A DNA stretch of 64,000 nucleotides from Phycisphaeraceae bacterium (GCA_963674705.1 OY771506.1:3008001-3072000); one strand, 5' to 3'. Counted from the first letter of the stretch, positions 38,693 through 48,601 are shown. The notes: generated by a model not told the origin, from the letters alone. Translations and numbers: made by a program.

Positions 38693-40405
38693 ATGAAGAA
38701 TACTCACCACAGGGTCGCTATCATTGCGCTTGCGTTGACCGTAAGTACAGTGGTCAACAAGGCAGAAGCCTACATGGCAATGCGTGTCGCTATAACCAGC
38801 AATCTGCTTGTTTATCACGACCGTGTTTACTTTACGCAAACAGATCACGGGATGACCGTGCTTGATCTGGCGACGGGCAAAATTATCATGCGCAAGCACG
38901 ACAAGCAATACCACGGGCACATGTGGCTACACCCGCGGGGTATTGTCATCAACGGCTGGCAGGGGACATCACTGCTTGATGCCGACACACTCGAAAGCAT
39001 CTGGACTGTTCAAGGCGGATACCCCGAGTATGTGAGTGAAACCTGTTTCCTATCATGTGATGATGACAATCAGATCAAGCGGTTGGACCTGGATACGGGC
39101 GATGTTTTGTGGACACTGAGACTGACGGCTGATCCACACCTGATTGTGGCCGGAGAACGCGCCCTTATTGTCTGCCGGTCTTATTCAAATCACTACACAA
39201 AACTTTTACTTGTAGATCTGAAAAGCGGCAAGGTGTTATACGAACGATTGCCGAAAGAAGATGAAAGCTTTGAGGAGGTCTACTTCGACGGTGAAAGGAC
39301 GTATGTTCTGGCATGTACGGATAGTGTCCGGGATGATGAACAAGCAAACTCGAATCAGCACAGGTCAGGGATGAACCGGGCGGTGCCTGATGCTCTTTTG
39401 ATCATTGATACGACGGGTTCCGTCATCGAAACCGTGACAGAAGTACCCATTGATGTAGGGAACAATGGCTATTACAGCAGAGTGTTTTCCTATGCGGGAA
39501 TGGTTTTTCAGGAGGATGGTCATGTCGTGCCGTTTGAGCAATATGTAGACACGACAGGGCCCGGGACTGTATTCAGCTTGCCCGATGGTATGTTGACTAT
39601 CGAACAAGTGGCGGATTCAAAGTCATCCAGCCTGGCGGTAGCTGTCTGGCAGTCTGATACGGCACAATGGCGCGCTTATCTACCGCACATGGATGGGCGT
39701 TGGTCGGTAACAGATGCCGTAAGCGATCGCGGTTTTGTGGTTTTGGGAACCGACCGGGGGGTGGTGGAATGTATCGATTCGACGAGTGGGCGTAGCCAAT
39801 GGCTGTATACATTCCCGACCCATCTCGGGACGGTGTCGTACACCTCGCCAAACGGTATGCCCCCTCATGCGACCAGCCTGCAAGCCGGGTATGAGCGCGA
39901 TAACCGGTTAGCTTTGAAGACAAGGCCGGCGGTCCTGCTGCCGGCTGAATGGGATATGAATCAGCTAAGGCCAGACAAGCTGCGATCATTGCCCGGCAAC
40001 ACGAGCAGCCTGATTGTGCTTGACCCGGACCCGTTTGATCCGTTCGACTGGCTGCCGCCGTACGTCCGAGCGGTTTGGGGGGCGGTTACGTTGACGGTTT
40101 TATTATCTTTGGGTTTATGCCTATTGCTTTATCGCGGCCGCAGGCGTTTCATGACGTTTGCATTGAGTTCGATCGTGCTGGCCTGGTTGCCGATCGCGGC
40201 GTTGTATTATTTAGGGCGTGTCAGTTGGCCTGCGACGTTATGTTTGAAGTTATTTGTATTGATCTTGCTCGTGCTGTCAGTGGTCCATATCGTCCGCGCG
40301 CTCATCGAAAGACGTGGTGTTGGCCGTGTGTTCATGGGGGGCTTGACGTTCGTGATTGTGATGGTTGCCGGGAACTACGCACTGCCTGTTCTGCGATATG
40401 CATGA
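38693..40405 (+). CDS. PQQ/BamB-like beta-propeller protein with C-terminal TM helices
   Basis: Repeated LDxxTGxxxW blades, a signal peptide and four C-terminal TMs. Confidence 0.75.
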   Translation: MKNTHHRVAIIALALTVSTVVNKAEAYMAMRVAITSNLLVYHDRVYFTQTDHGMTVLDLATGKIIMRKHDKQYHGHMWLHPRGIVINGWQGTSLLDADTLESIWTVQGGYPEYVSETCFLSCDDDNQIKRLDLDTGDVLWTLRLTADPHLIVAGERALIVCRSYSNHYTKLLLVDLKSGKVLYERLPKEDESFEEVYFDGERTYVLACTDSVRDDEQANSNQHRSGMNRAVPDALLIIDTTGSVIETVTEVPIDVGNNGYYSRVFSYAGMVFQEDGHVVPFEQYVDTTGPGTVFSLPDGMLTIEQVADSKSSSLAVAVWQSDTAQWRAYLPHMDGRWSVTDAVSDRGFVVLGTDRGVVECIDSTSGRSQWLYTFPTHLGTVSYTSPNGMPPHATSLQAGYERDNRLALKTRPAVLLPAEWDMNQLRPDKLRSLPGNTSSLIVLDPDPFDPFDWLPPYVRAVWGAVTLTVLLSLGLCLLLYRGRRRFMTFALSSIVLAWLPIAALYYLGRVSWPATLCLKLFVLILLVLSVVHIVRALIERRGVGRVFMGGLTFVIVMVAGNYALPVLRYA

Positions 40406-40741
40406 CATAAAACGGCAACATTGTTGGTGTCCATTTATGTGTCATGATGAGTGAGCGCGGAAATTTATTGATACGCGAACTTCATGCAGATAGAACGTGC
40501 GGGCATGGCACCTTGTCGCATAAAACAATGTTACTACATCACTTGCCGGATACATGTCTTCTCATGGTGAGCAAATTGTCCCGCGGTCCGATAGCCTGTC
40601 TTTTTTCTAAATCCTTGATTTTCCTTAATCAACACATCTCTGTGACCGATAGTCGAATCGCCTGTATTGATTAGGCAAAAGACTCCGGAGCACGCCGCGT
40701 CGGCGAACGCTCAATAGTTCATAGTTGAGAGGCTTCCTCAG

Positions 40742-41302
40742 ATGGCAAGCACCACAAGCAAGAGCAAGCGTAGTTCGGCCAAGTCAGCCCCGAAGCGCAC
40801 CGCTCGCAAGACCACGGCCAAGGCCAAGACCCGCAAGGCAACCCCGAGCAAGGCTAAGACCCGTAAGCCCGCGACCAAGGCCAAAGCCAAGACCGTCAGC
40901 AAGGCGAAGGCTAAGCCCAAGACCTCGGCCAAGAGCAAGGCTCGCAAGACGACCGCCAAGGCCAAGACACGCAAGACCACCACTTCCAAGGCCAAGACCC
41001 GTAAGCCGGCGACCAAGACCAAGGCCAAGAGCACATCCAAGGCCAAGTCAGCCACCAAGGCCAAGAGCCGCAAGACCACCGCGAGCAAGGCCAAGACCCG
41101 CAAGTCAACAACCGCCAAGGCCAAGACGCGTAAGCCGGCCACCAAGGCCAAGAGCCGTAAGTCGACCGCCGCAAAGGCCAAGACCCGCAAGAGCAGCTCG
41201 GCCAAGAGCCGCGTGCGTCGCACAACCCGTGCCAAGAGCACCGGCGCCAAGACCTACAAGTTCAAGCGTCCCAGCGGCGGCGCCCGCCGTAAGGCCGCGT
41301 AA
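40742..41302 (+). CDS. Histone H1-like, Lys/Ala/Thr-rich basic protein
   Basis: Repeated AKAKTRK units, no acidic residues, strong AAG/GCC/ACC codon bias and its own terminator. Confidence 0.85.
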   Translation: MASTTSKSKRSSAKSAPKRTARKTTAKAKTRKATPSKAKTRKPATKAKAKTVSKAKAKPKTSAKSKARKTTAKAKTRKTTTSKAKTRKPATKTKAKSTSKAKSATKAKSRKTTASKAKTRKSTTAKAKTRKPATKAKSRKSTAAKAKTRKSSSAKSRVRRTTRAKSTGAKTYKFKRPSGGARRKAA

Positions 41303-41327
41303 ACCGAACGCCACGGAAGGGAAACCA

Positions 41328-41362
41328 AGCAGCGCTGGCCGAAAGGCCGGCGCTGTTTTTTT
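41328..41362 (+). terminator. Rho-independent terminator
   Basis: CAGCGCTGGCC-GAAA-GGCCGGCGCTG followed by T7. Confidence 0.85.
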
Positions 41363-41509
41363 ATGGACATAATGCCCGAATCAATCGTTCTTTTGTACGA
41401 TAGGCAAATCCGCGGGGTAAATGAGTGGGTATCTGAATGCAAATTTGTCCATAACTTTTTTAATGATGCATTTTCATACTGACCTGAGTCGGATACAGGA
41501 GTTTGTTGA

Positions 41510-42049
41510 ATGAACCCAAAACCATGGCGAGACCATACTGATCTACATGGGCGATTTGCTTCTGAATATCCCGATGACACACAGATCCTGATTCATAACG
41601 GTAGTCCACGTTTTAGTAACCAGGTTCCGGAGTTGGTATGGGTTCGTGTCGAGTCACTGTCACAGCACGAAACTGGGATCGATGTGTTTTGCGGCTCATT
41701 ACTGAACACGCCGAATCACCTGAGTGTAATTCACAAAGGCGATACGATTGAGTTTATCTCAGGACGAGGTTGCCCCTATCCAATTATGGTCACAAAGACT
41801 TACCTGGCCGAACGCGCCGTATGGAATATTATTCCCTGTGATAAGTGTGGTTGTGCAGAGTTATTCGATGCGCCTTCTGAACTGTTACCAAAGGTGTTTC
41901 CCAACCTGCCAGACGGTGCGATATTAGAAGCCTTCACATCATTCTGCCCTTTATGTGGTGGGGCACAGGTCGTTTCCCACCCCGACACTTTTAACGGCGA
42001 ATCCACTGCTACTACCACAACCAAGCGATGGTGGCAGTTCTGGAAGTAG
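41510..42049 (+). CDS. Hypothetical protein, DUF2314-like N-part plus CxxC..CxxC zinc ribbon
   Basis: ELVWVRV...F.G.LLN.P......GD.I.F; CDKC and CPLC; C-terminal KRWWQFWK; AT-richer than its flanks. Confidence 0.7.
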   Translation: MNPKPWRDHTDLHGRFASEYPDDTQILIHNGSPRFSNQVPELVWVRVESLSQHETGIDVFCGSLLNTPNHLSVIHKGDTIEFISGRGCPYPIMVTKTYLAERAVWNIIPCDKCGCAELFDAPSELLPKVFPNLPDGAILEAFTSFCPLCGGAQVVSHPDTFNGESTATTTTKRWWQFWK

Positions 42050-42091
42050 CAGGTGGTTGGTTCTACCAGTCAAAAGGCTCTGACCTTCAGT

Positions 42092-42161
42092 CAGTAGGTC
42101 CGGGCCTGCCCGGACACAGGTCGCAGCCGATCAATATGTCCGGGCGGGCCCGGACCTACTG
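42092..42161. repeat. GTAG-type REP doublet (REPIN-like)
   Basis: CAGTAGGTCCGGGCCTGCCCGGACA ... TGTCCGGGCGGGCCCGGACCTACTG. Confidence 0.8.
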
Positions 42162-42419
42162 GTCAATCTGAAAAGTAGTCACTCACAACTCCGTATGATT
42201 CAAGTGAGTTATGCACTTTCTTGCCTCGGTAGGTGGCCGGATTGGCTCAGTCGGCGGAAGTCTTTATCATGGCACCGCTTGATCGGAAATTAGGGCGGAT
42301 TCGACGAATGCACCGAGAATAGGCCTAGGAGCCCGACGCAACCCCATAAAAAGCAGGGGGTGGTCTTTTTGTTATCATGCCCCGCTTATGACGGACAGAT
42401 TCACGATGGAGTGTAACCC

Positions 42420-43286
42420 ATGAGCCAGACCCCCTTATCTCTGCCGCAACAACGCGGTATGGGCCAAACATCCCGGAAGGACGCCTGGTGGCTTCAGCCG
42501 CTGGTCGTGTTCCTGGGGTTGAGTGCGTTCGTGGTCTACTCGACCTGGGCGGCTTTCCAGGGGGCCCACTACGAGTTCGGCCCGTATCTCTCGCCGATGT
42601 ACTCACCGCTACTGTTTAACGCAGGCACAGCCTTCGGCGAAGCCAGCCTCGGACATCACACCTGGTTTGGCGATTGGCCGGGCTGGATCCCGTCGATCAT
42701 CCCGGCTTCCCCGGCGCTGATCATCCTGACGATTCCCGCCGGCTTCCGCTTCACCTGCTACTACTACCGCGGTGCATACTACAAAGCCTTCTGGGCCGAC
42801 CCGCTGAACTGTGCGGTCGGCGAGCCGCGTAACGGCTACCGTGGCGAGCAGTTCTGGCCCTTGCTGATGCAGAACATCCACCGCTACCTGTTCTACTTAG
42901 CCGCGCTTTATATCGTCATCCTGGGCTACGACGCCTGGGTAGGCATGTGGTACCACCCTGACTGGGCCGAGAAGGGCGGCAAGATGCTGTTCGGGCAGGA
43001 ATTCCGCGAGGGCTTTGGCATCGGTGTCGGCACGCTGGTGCTGATCCTGAACGTCATCCTGCTGGGCGGTTATACCTTCGGCTGCCATTGTGCCAGGCAC
43101 TTCTCCGGTGGCTTTAAAGACAAGATCACCGAAGTGGCCTGGGGCAAGAAGCCGTATCACTGCATTAGTTGTTTGAACCGTAACCACATGAAGTGGGCGT
43201 GGTGCAGCCTGATTTGGGTGGGCTTTACCGACTTTTATATCCGCATGGTATCGATGGGCTTTTGGACCGACTGGAGACTATTCTAA
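42420..43286 (+). CDS. Succinate dehydrogenase membrane anchor (mycobacterial Sdh1-type)
   Basis: YLSPMYSP, FRFTCYYYRGAYY, QNIHRY and GCHCARH motifs; lies upstream of sdhA and sdhB. Confidence 0.85.
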   Translation: MSQTPLSLPQQRGMGQTSRKDAWWLQPLVVFLGLSAFVVYSTWAAFQGAHYEFGPYLSPMYSPLLFNAGTAFGEASLGHHTWFGDWPGWIPSIIPASPALIILTIPAGFRFTCYYYRGAYYKAFWADPLNCAVGEPRNGYRGEQFWPLLMQNIHRYLFYLAALYIVILGYDAWVGMWYHPDWAEKGGKMLFGQEFREGFGIGVGTLVLILNVILLGGYTFGCHCARHFSGGFKDKITEVAWGKKPYHCISCLNRNHMKWAWCSLIWVGFTDFYIRMVSMGFWTDWRLF

Positions 43287-43288
43287 AG

Positions 43289-45103
43289 ATGCGCGAATTC
43301 ACGACACACGAACACGACGTGCTGGTGATCGGCGCCGGGGGAGCGGGCCTGCGAGCTGCCATTGAAGCGTCCGCTCAGGGTGTGAGTTGCGGCCTGGTCT
43401 GCAAGTCGCTGCTGGGTAAGGCCCACACCGTGATGGCCGAGGGCGGCATGGCCGCAGCGCTGGCGAACGTCGATGAACGCGATAGCTGGACGACCCACTT
43501 CGCCGACACGATGCGCGGCGGACAATACCTGAACAACTGGCGCATGGCCGAGTTGCACGCCAAGGAAGCACCGGACCGCGTCAAGGAACTGGAAGCCTGG
43601 GGCGCCGTCATGGACCGCACGAAGGATGGCAAGATCCTTCAGCGTAACTTCGGCGGGCACAAGTACCCACGCCTGGCACACGTCGGCGACCGCACGGGTC
43701 TGGAAATGATCCGAACCCTGCAAGATCACAGCATCCATCAGGGCATCGACGTCCACATGGAAGTGACCGTGATCGACCTCTTAAAGGACGGCGATCGCGT
43801 CGTCGGCGCGTTCGCTTACGAGCGTGAGCACGGTCGATTCATCGTCTTCAAGGCCAAGGCTGTGGTGCTCGCCACCGGCGGGATCGGCCGGGCCTTCAAG
43901 GTCACCAGCAACAGTTGGGAATATACCGGCGACGGCCACGCGCTGGCTTACCACGCCGGCGCGGACCTGATGGATATGGAGTTCATCCAGTTCCACCCGA
44001 CCGGCATGGTCTGGCCCCCCAGCGTGCGTGGCATCCTCGTGACCGAGGGCGTCCGCGGCGAAGGCGGCATCCTCAAGAACAGCGAAGGTCGTCGGTTCAT
44101 GTTCGACGACATCCCGGATGCATACAAGAGTTCGACTTCGGACAACGAAGAAGAAGGTTGGCGTTACGTCACGGGTGATAAGACTGCCCGCCGACCACCT
44201 GAACTGCTGACGCGCGACCACGTCGCCCGCTGCATCGTCCGTGAAGTCAAAGCGGGGCGAGGCTCACCGCACGGCGGCGTGTTCCTGGACATCGCGTGGA
44301 TCAAGGAGCACATCAAGGACTCCGAAAACCACATCAAGAAGAAGCTGCCGAGCATGTACCACCAGTTCAAGGAGCTGGCGGGCTTGGACATCACCAAGGA
44401 GCCGATGGAAATCGGCCCGACGACGCACTACGTCATGGGCGGGATCAAGGTCGACAGCGACACGCAGATGTCGACCGTGCCGGGCCTGTTCGCCGCGGGC
44501 GAATGTGCTGTCGGTCTGCACGGCGCCAACCGTCTTGGTGGCAACTCACTGAGCGACCTTGTCGTCTTCGGCAAGCGTGCCGGTGAATACGCCGCGAAGT
44601 ATGCCAAGGAGAACTCGGCCGGCATGATCAGCCAGGATCAGGTCGAGCAGATCGCCAACTGGGCGGAAGCCCCGTTCGATCGCGGCGCCGATGCTGAGAA
44701 TCCGTTCACGATCCAGAGCGATCTTCAAGTCATGATGCAGGACAAGGTCGGCATTGTGCGTGAAGAGAAGGAGCTGCTTGAGGCGTTGGATGGTCTTGAG
44801 AAGTTCAAGGCCCGCGCCGAGCATGCCGCCGCCGATGTCAACCGCGATTACAACCCCGGCTGGCACACGGCGATGGACCTGCGTTGTCTGCTGACCGTGT
44901 CCGAAGCGTCGGCACGGTGTGCACTGGAACGCAAGGAGTCCCGCGGTGCCCACACCCGCCTCGACCATCCGGATAAGAGCGAGCAAGAGGCGAAGGTCAA
45001 CAACGTGGTACGTAAAGGTCCGGACGGGCGGATGCAGATCGAGCGTGTTCCGCTAACGCCGATCCGTGAGGACCTTCAGCAGATCATCGAGGAGAACAAG
45101 TAA
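43289..45103 (+). CDS. sdhA: Succinate dehydrogenase/fumarate reductase flavoprotein subunit
   Basis: GAGGAG, AHTVMAEGG, QFHPTG, TEGVRGEGG, HYVMGG, HGANRLGGNSL and ESRGAH motifs. Confidence 0.97.
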   Translation: MREFTTHEHDVLVIGAGGAGLRAAIEASAQGVSCGLVCKSLLGKAHTVMAEGGMAAALANVDERDSWTTHFADTMRGGQYLNNWRMAELHAKEAPDRVKELEAWGAVMDRTKDGKILQRNFGGHKYPRLAHVGDRTGLEMIRTLQDHSIHQGIDVHMEVTVIDLLKDGDRVVGAFAYEREHGRFIVFKAKAVVLATGGIGRAFKVTSNSWEYTGDGHALAYHAGADLMDMEFIQFHPTGMVWPPSVRGILVTEGVRGEGGILKNSEGRRFMFDDIPDAYKSSTSDNEEEGWRYVTGDKTARRPPELLTRDHVARCIVREVKAGRGSPHGGVFLDIAWIKEHIKDSENHIKKKLPSMYHQFKELAGLDITKEPMEIGPTTHYVMGGIKVDSDTQMSTVPGLFAAGECAVGLHGANRLGGNSLSDLVVFGKRAGEYAAKYAKENSAGMISQDQVEQIANWAEAPFDRGADAENPFTIQSDLQVMMQDKVGIVREEKELLEALDGLEKFKARAEHAAADVNRDYNPGWHTAMDLRCLLTVSEASARCALERKESRGAHTRLDHPDKSEQEAKVNNVVRKGPDGRMQIERVPLTPIREDLQQIIEENK

Positions 45104-45870
45104 TGGCCAAGGTCACCTTCAAGATATGGCGGGGGACCAAGGATGAGGGGAAGTTCCAGGACTTCCAGACCGAGGTCACCGAGGGCATGGTGGTTCTCGA
45201 TGCGGTGCATCAGATCCAGGCCGAGAGCGCCCCGGACCTTGCATGCCGATGGAACTGCAAGGCCGGCAAGTGCGGTTCGTGTTCTGCTGAAGTCAACGGC
45301 ATGCCCAAGCTCATGTGCATGACCCGGATGGATACGATCGACACATCGCAGCCCGTGACCATCGAGCCGATGCAGACATTCCCGCTGATCCGCGACCTGG
45401 TTACGGATGTGAGTTGGAACTTCGAGGTCAAAAAGAAGATCAAGCCGTTCAAGCCGCGTAAGCCGGACAATGAAGACGGCACGTGGAACATGCAGCAGGA
45501 CGATGTCGACCGCGTGCAGGAGTTCCGCAAGTGCATCGAGTGCTTCCTGTGCCAGAACGTCTGTCACGTGACGCGCGACCACCACAAACACGCAGAATTC
45601 ATCGGCCCGCGCTTCTTCATCTACAACGCCCAGCTGGAAATGCACCCGCTGGATACCGAAGACCGCCTGGGTGATCTGAAAGACGAGAACGGCATCGGCT
45701 ACTGCAACATCACCAAGTGCTGCACGAAGGTCTGCCCCGAACACATCGCCATCACCGACAACGCCATCATCCCACTGAAGGAACGCGTGGTGGACGAGTA
45801 CTACGACCCAATCCGCAAGCTGTTCAAGATCTTCAAGCCGAAGAAGCCGGACAAGGAAGCCGGGAAGTAG
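45103..45870 (+). CDS. sdhB: Succinate dehydrogenase iron-sulfur subunit
   Basis: CKAGKCGSC, CIECFLCQNVC and CNITKCCTKVCP motifs; TAATG overlap with sdhA. Confidence 0.96.
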   Translation: MAKVTFKIWRGTKDEGKFQDFQTEVTEGMVVLDAVHQIQAESAPDLACRWNCKAGKCGSCSAEVNGMPKLMCMTRMDTIDTSQPVTIEPMQTFPLIRDLVTDVSWNFEVKKKIKPFKPRKPDNEDGTWNMQQDDVDRVQEFRKCIECFLCQNVCHVTRDHHKHAEFIGPRFFIYNAQLEMHPLDTEDRLGDLKDENGIGYCNITKCCTKVCPEHIAITDNAIIPLKERVVDEYYDPIRKLFKIFKPKKPDKEAGK

Positions 45871-45899
45871 GTTACTACCTCATTGATAAGAATCACGAT

Positions 45900-45926
45900 T
45901 AGCCCCACCCGGAAGGGTGGGGTTTT
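45900..45926 (+). repeat. 27-bp palindromic repeat, left copy (also a plausible sdh terminator)
   Basis: TAGCCCCACCCGGAAGGGTGGGGTTTT; exact reverse complement at 46470-46496. Confidence 0.85.
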
Positions 45927-45991
45927 TGTTGGTAATTCAATTATGCATGAACTCTCGCATAGTATGTGCCTGACTTCTATGATGATGAATA

Positions 45992-46423
45992 ATGAAAAAG
46001 AAGCTCATCTATCGCGCCGGGATAATATTCATCCTCATTTTTACATTTGTGGTTACAGCGTTTTTTCTGTTGTTTACACCAAAGAAAAATATTGAAAGGA
46101 TGCTTGGTGCCTCTCTGCCATGGGATGCACAGGTTCTTGAGTTTGAAGATCATGCGGGTATGTTTGGTGGTGAATATTATTTTTCAGTGGCAATGAAGCC
46201 CAATGAATACGAGGCATACACACTTGCGGTTGGTCTATACCATGACCCGGAATTGCTGACGCAATGGCCGGATGCCTTGTCTCTAACTCCACTACCCACG
46301 TGGTGGACAAATAACACGAGCGTGAACGAGCAGACTCGATATGTGGATAAGCCTGACCAATCAATGTGTGTTGTTACACAGTATGAAGATGGTGTGATGT
46401 ATTGCAGGGTTCAGGTTTATTAG
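45992..46423 (+). CDS. AT-rich hypothetical protein with N-terminal TM
   Basis: 143-aa ORF (MKKKLIYR + hydrophobic helix), atypical composition. Confidence 0.65.
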   Translation: MKKKLIYRAGIIFILIFTFVVTAFFLLFTPKKNIERMLGASLPWDAQVLEFEDHAGMFGGEYYFSVAMKPNEYEAYTLAVGLYHDPELLTQWPDALSLTPLPTWWTNNTSVNEQTRYVDKPDQSMCVVTQYEDGVMYCRVQVY

Positions 46424-46469
46424 CGTTTGGCCGATAGCGCAAGAATGTTGAGCAAAGATTGATTAAAAG

Positions 46470-46496
46470 AAAACCCCACCCTTCCGGGTGGGGCTA
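46470..46496 (-). repeat. 27-bp palindromic repeat, right (inverted) copy
   Basis: AAAACCCCACCCTTCCGGGTGGGGCTA. Confidence 0.85.
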
Positions 46497-46927
46497 TTTT
46501 GTGTAATGCTGTCTGTATGCAGGTCGTCGTTACGCCGTTGGTCATTATGACATCATGAGCTGGGCGCCAACGGCCTGATTAATGTCTGACGTATAGCCCA
46601 AGGTGGGTAGAGGACAATAAAAGTAGCAATCGTTAGCACTGCACCCATGGTCAGCCATCCATCGAAATTCATGCCACGGGTGAAGTCATCTCGTAACGTT
46701 GCAGTGAGCACAGCGGCGAATGTTGGCCCCCAGGCAAAGCCGATTACCAAGGCAATTAATAAGGCAAAGCGATATAGTTTGAATGATGTCATCAATGCGA
46801 TAACAACCAAAAGTAATCCACCAAGATAGAACAGGGGTGCTCCAACTTGTATGGGAAGCATCATCGTCACATTCAAGACGATAAATGAAGTGACGAAAGA
46901 GGCGGTCATAGCCAACATTAATGTGAC

Positions 46928-47831
46928 TAGAGCCTGTTTCAAAACCATATAGTTTCTAAACTTGCGCCCTTGGCGCACTTATGATCCAATCGGCCATGGG
47001 AAGGAGCCCTTTTCATGGCACGACACGATTCAGAACTCACGGACGAACAGTGGAACAAGATCGAACCGCTGCTGCCTAAGGTTAAGCCGTCACCCAAAGG
47101 CGGGCGTAAACGCGTCAGCGATCGGCGGTGCTTCGAAGGCATCTTGTGGGTGCTGCGCAGCGGCGCGCGTTGGAAAGACTTACCCGCGCAGTACCCGTCG
47201 CCGAGCACGTGCTGGCGCAGATTACGCGATTGGGAAGACGCCGATGTCTGGCTCTTGATCTGGCGTGCATCCCTGGGCGAGTTGGATGAACAAGGCCGAC
47301 TCGATTGGGAAGAAACATTCGCCGACGGCAGCTTTGCCCCGGCAAAAAAAGGGGCCTGTGCGTCGGCAAGACCAAACGCGGCAAGGGTACAAAGTGGATG
47401 GTGGTGGCAAGCGGCCAAGGTATTCCTCTGGGAGTTCAACTCACCTCGGCGTCCCCGCACGAAGCGACGCTGATCGAGTCCACGCTTCAGCGTGTGGCCG
47501 TGCCGCGTGCGGGCAGAGGCCGACCCCGCAAGAACCCCAGGCGACTGGTTTACGACAAGGCCGCCGACAGCGACCCGTTGCGCAAGCGTCTCAAGCGTCG
47601 TGGCATCGACCTGATCTGCCCGCACAAGACCAACCGGATCAAACCCGCGACACAGGACGGACGCAAGCTTCGGCGGTACAAGCGCCGCTGGAAAATCGAA
47701 CGCAGCATCGCCTGGATCGGCAACTTCCGCCGGCTGGTCGTGCGTTACGAACGGCAAATCAAGATGTATCAGGCGTTCTTCCACGTCGCATGCCTACTGA
47801 TTACACTGAGACAGTTTTGAAACAGGTTCTA
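46928..47831 (+). mobile_element. IS5-family insertion sequence (IS427-like, two ORFs)
   Basis: IRs TAGAGCCTGTTTCAAAAC and GTTTTGAAACAGGTTCTA (one mismatch), including the duplicated TA. Confidence 0.92.
47015..47820 (+). CDS. IS5 transposase (-1 frameshift at A7G4 47344-47354)
   Basis: ELTDEQW..IEPLLP, GILWVLRSGARWKDLP, ADGS, YDKA.DSD and YKRRWKIER motifs. Confidence 0.92.
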
Positions 47832-48006
47832 CTAGTTCTTTAACAATTGTTGGTGACCGAGGACTAAGGTTGTATGTGATGTCATTATTTAGATCATAGG
47901 GACGTTTACAGGATGAGCATTGACCCGTTGGCTTATCAATCAGCCTCTGGCCGCACTTCATGCAATAATATTTGACATCATCCCCCATAGATCATCCCTT
48001 GTGGTA

Positions 48007-48438
48007 TCACGCTGTCGGGCGCTGCGACATTGTCAGTTGAACGTAGCGGTTGCGCAGTTCGTACAAAGTCGTGGCGAGCATGTCGGATTCTTCTTTGCTG
48101 AGGTTGCCCTTGGTTTTTTCTTCGAGGACGGCGAGCATGTCGATGTGGTGGCGGGCGAGGTCGAGGTGGGCGATGCGTTGGCCGGTCTGGGGGTCGGGGA
48201 TGGCGCCCATGGCGAAGAGGGCCTGCGTGGTCATCGTGCTGACGAGCGATTCGAAGTTGGCGGGGGGCAACTGGTAGCCGCCTGCACCTGCCTCGGAAGC
48301 GGCGCTAGCACCGGTACCGGCAGTGTTCGTGGTGCTATCCTGCTTGGCTTTGGCTTGCTGAGCGAGTTTTTCCTTCTCGGCCTGGGCCTGGGCTTTCCAG
48401 TCGTCATCCACAATAATCTTCGGGGCTTCGTCTGACAT
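48007..48438 (-). CDS. DUF1844 family protein
   Basis: IVDDDWK, LPPANF, MG.IPDP and ARHHIDML.VLEEKTKGNL motifs. Confidence 0.85.
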   Translation of the reverse strand: MSDEAPKIIVDDDWKAQAQAEKEKLAQQAKAKQDSTTNTAGTGASAASEAGAGGYQLPPANFESLVSTMTTQALFAMGAIPDPQTGQRIAHLDLARHHIDMLAVLEEKTKGNLSKEESDMLATTLYELRNRYVQLTMSQRPTA

Positions 48439-48483
48439 TGCTAACTCCTGTTGGTCGAATCTTGGGGTATTTTAGCAGATTAA

Positions 48484-48601
48484 CCGCGAAGGCGCGAAGA
48501 GCGCGAAGATGCGGCGTAATAGCCGCAAATAAACGCGAATATACGCTAATACGAATTAAGAAGCTGTTCTTCTATTTGCGTCTATTAGCGTTCATTCGCG
48601 G
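48484..48601. repeat. Short-period (9-10 bp) inverted repeat tracts
   Basis: CGCGAAG units, then CGCAAATAAACGCGAATATACGCTAAT ... ATTTGCGTCTATTAGCGTTCATTCGCGG. Confidence 0.65.

Larger units (their letters stand above)
46553..47988 (-). pseudogene. Zinc-finger membrane protein gene split by IS5
   Basis: Removing the IS and one TA rejoins ...IVKELV|VTLMLAM... in frame (177 aa; N-terminal CMKC..CSSC, four TMs). Confidence 0.85.

Noticed and set aside
40725..41372. Arg/Pro-rich and Leu/Val-rich ORFs overlapping the histone-like gene
   Set aside because: Alternative-frame and antisense products of a low-complexity gene.
46939..47784. 281-aa minus-strand ORF within IS5
   Set aside because: Antisense to the transposase; typical IS shadow ORF.
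45900..48000. Integron cassette array for the AT-rich genes
   Set aside because: No convincing attC (RYYYAAC...GTTRRRY) sites, the genes are convergent, and no IntI is visible.
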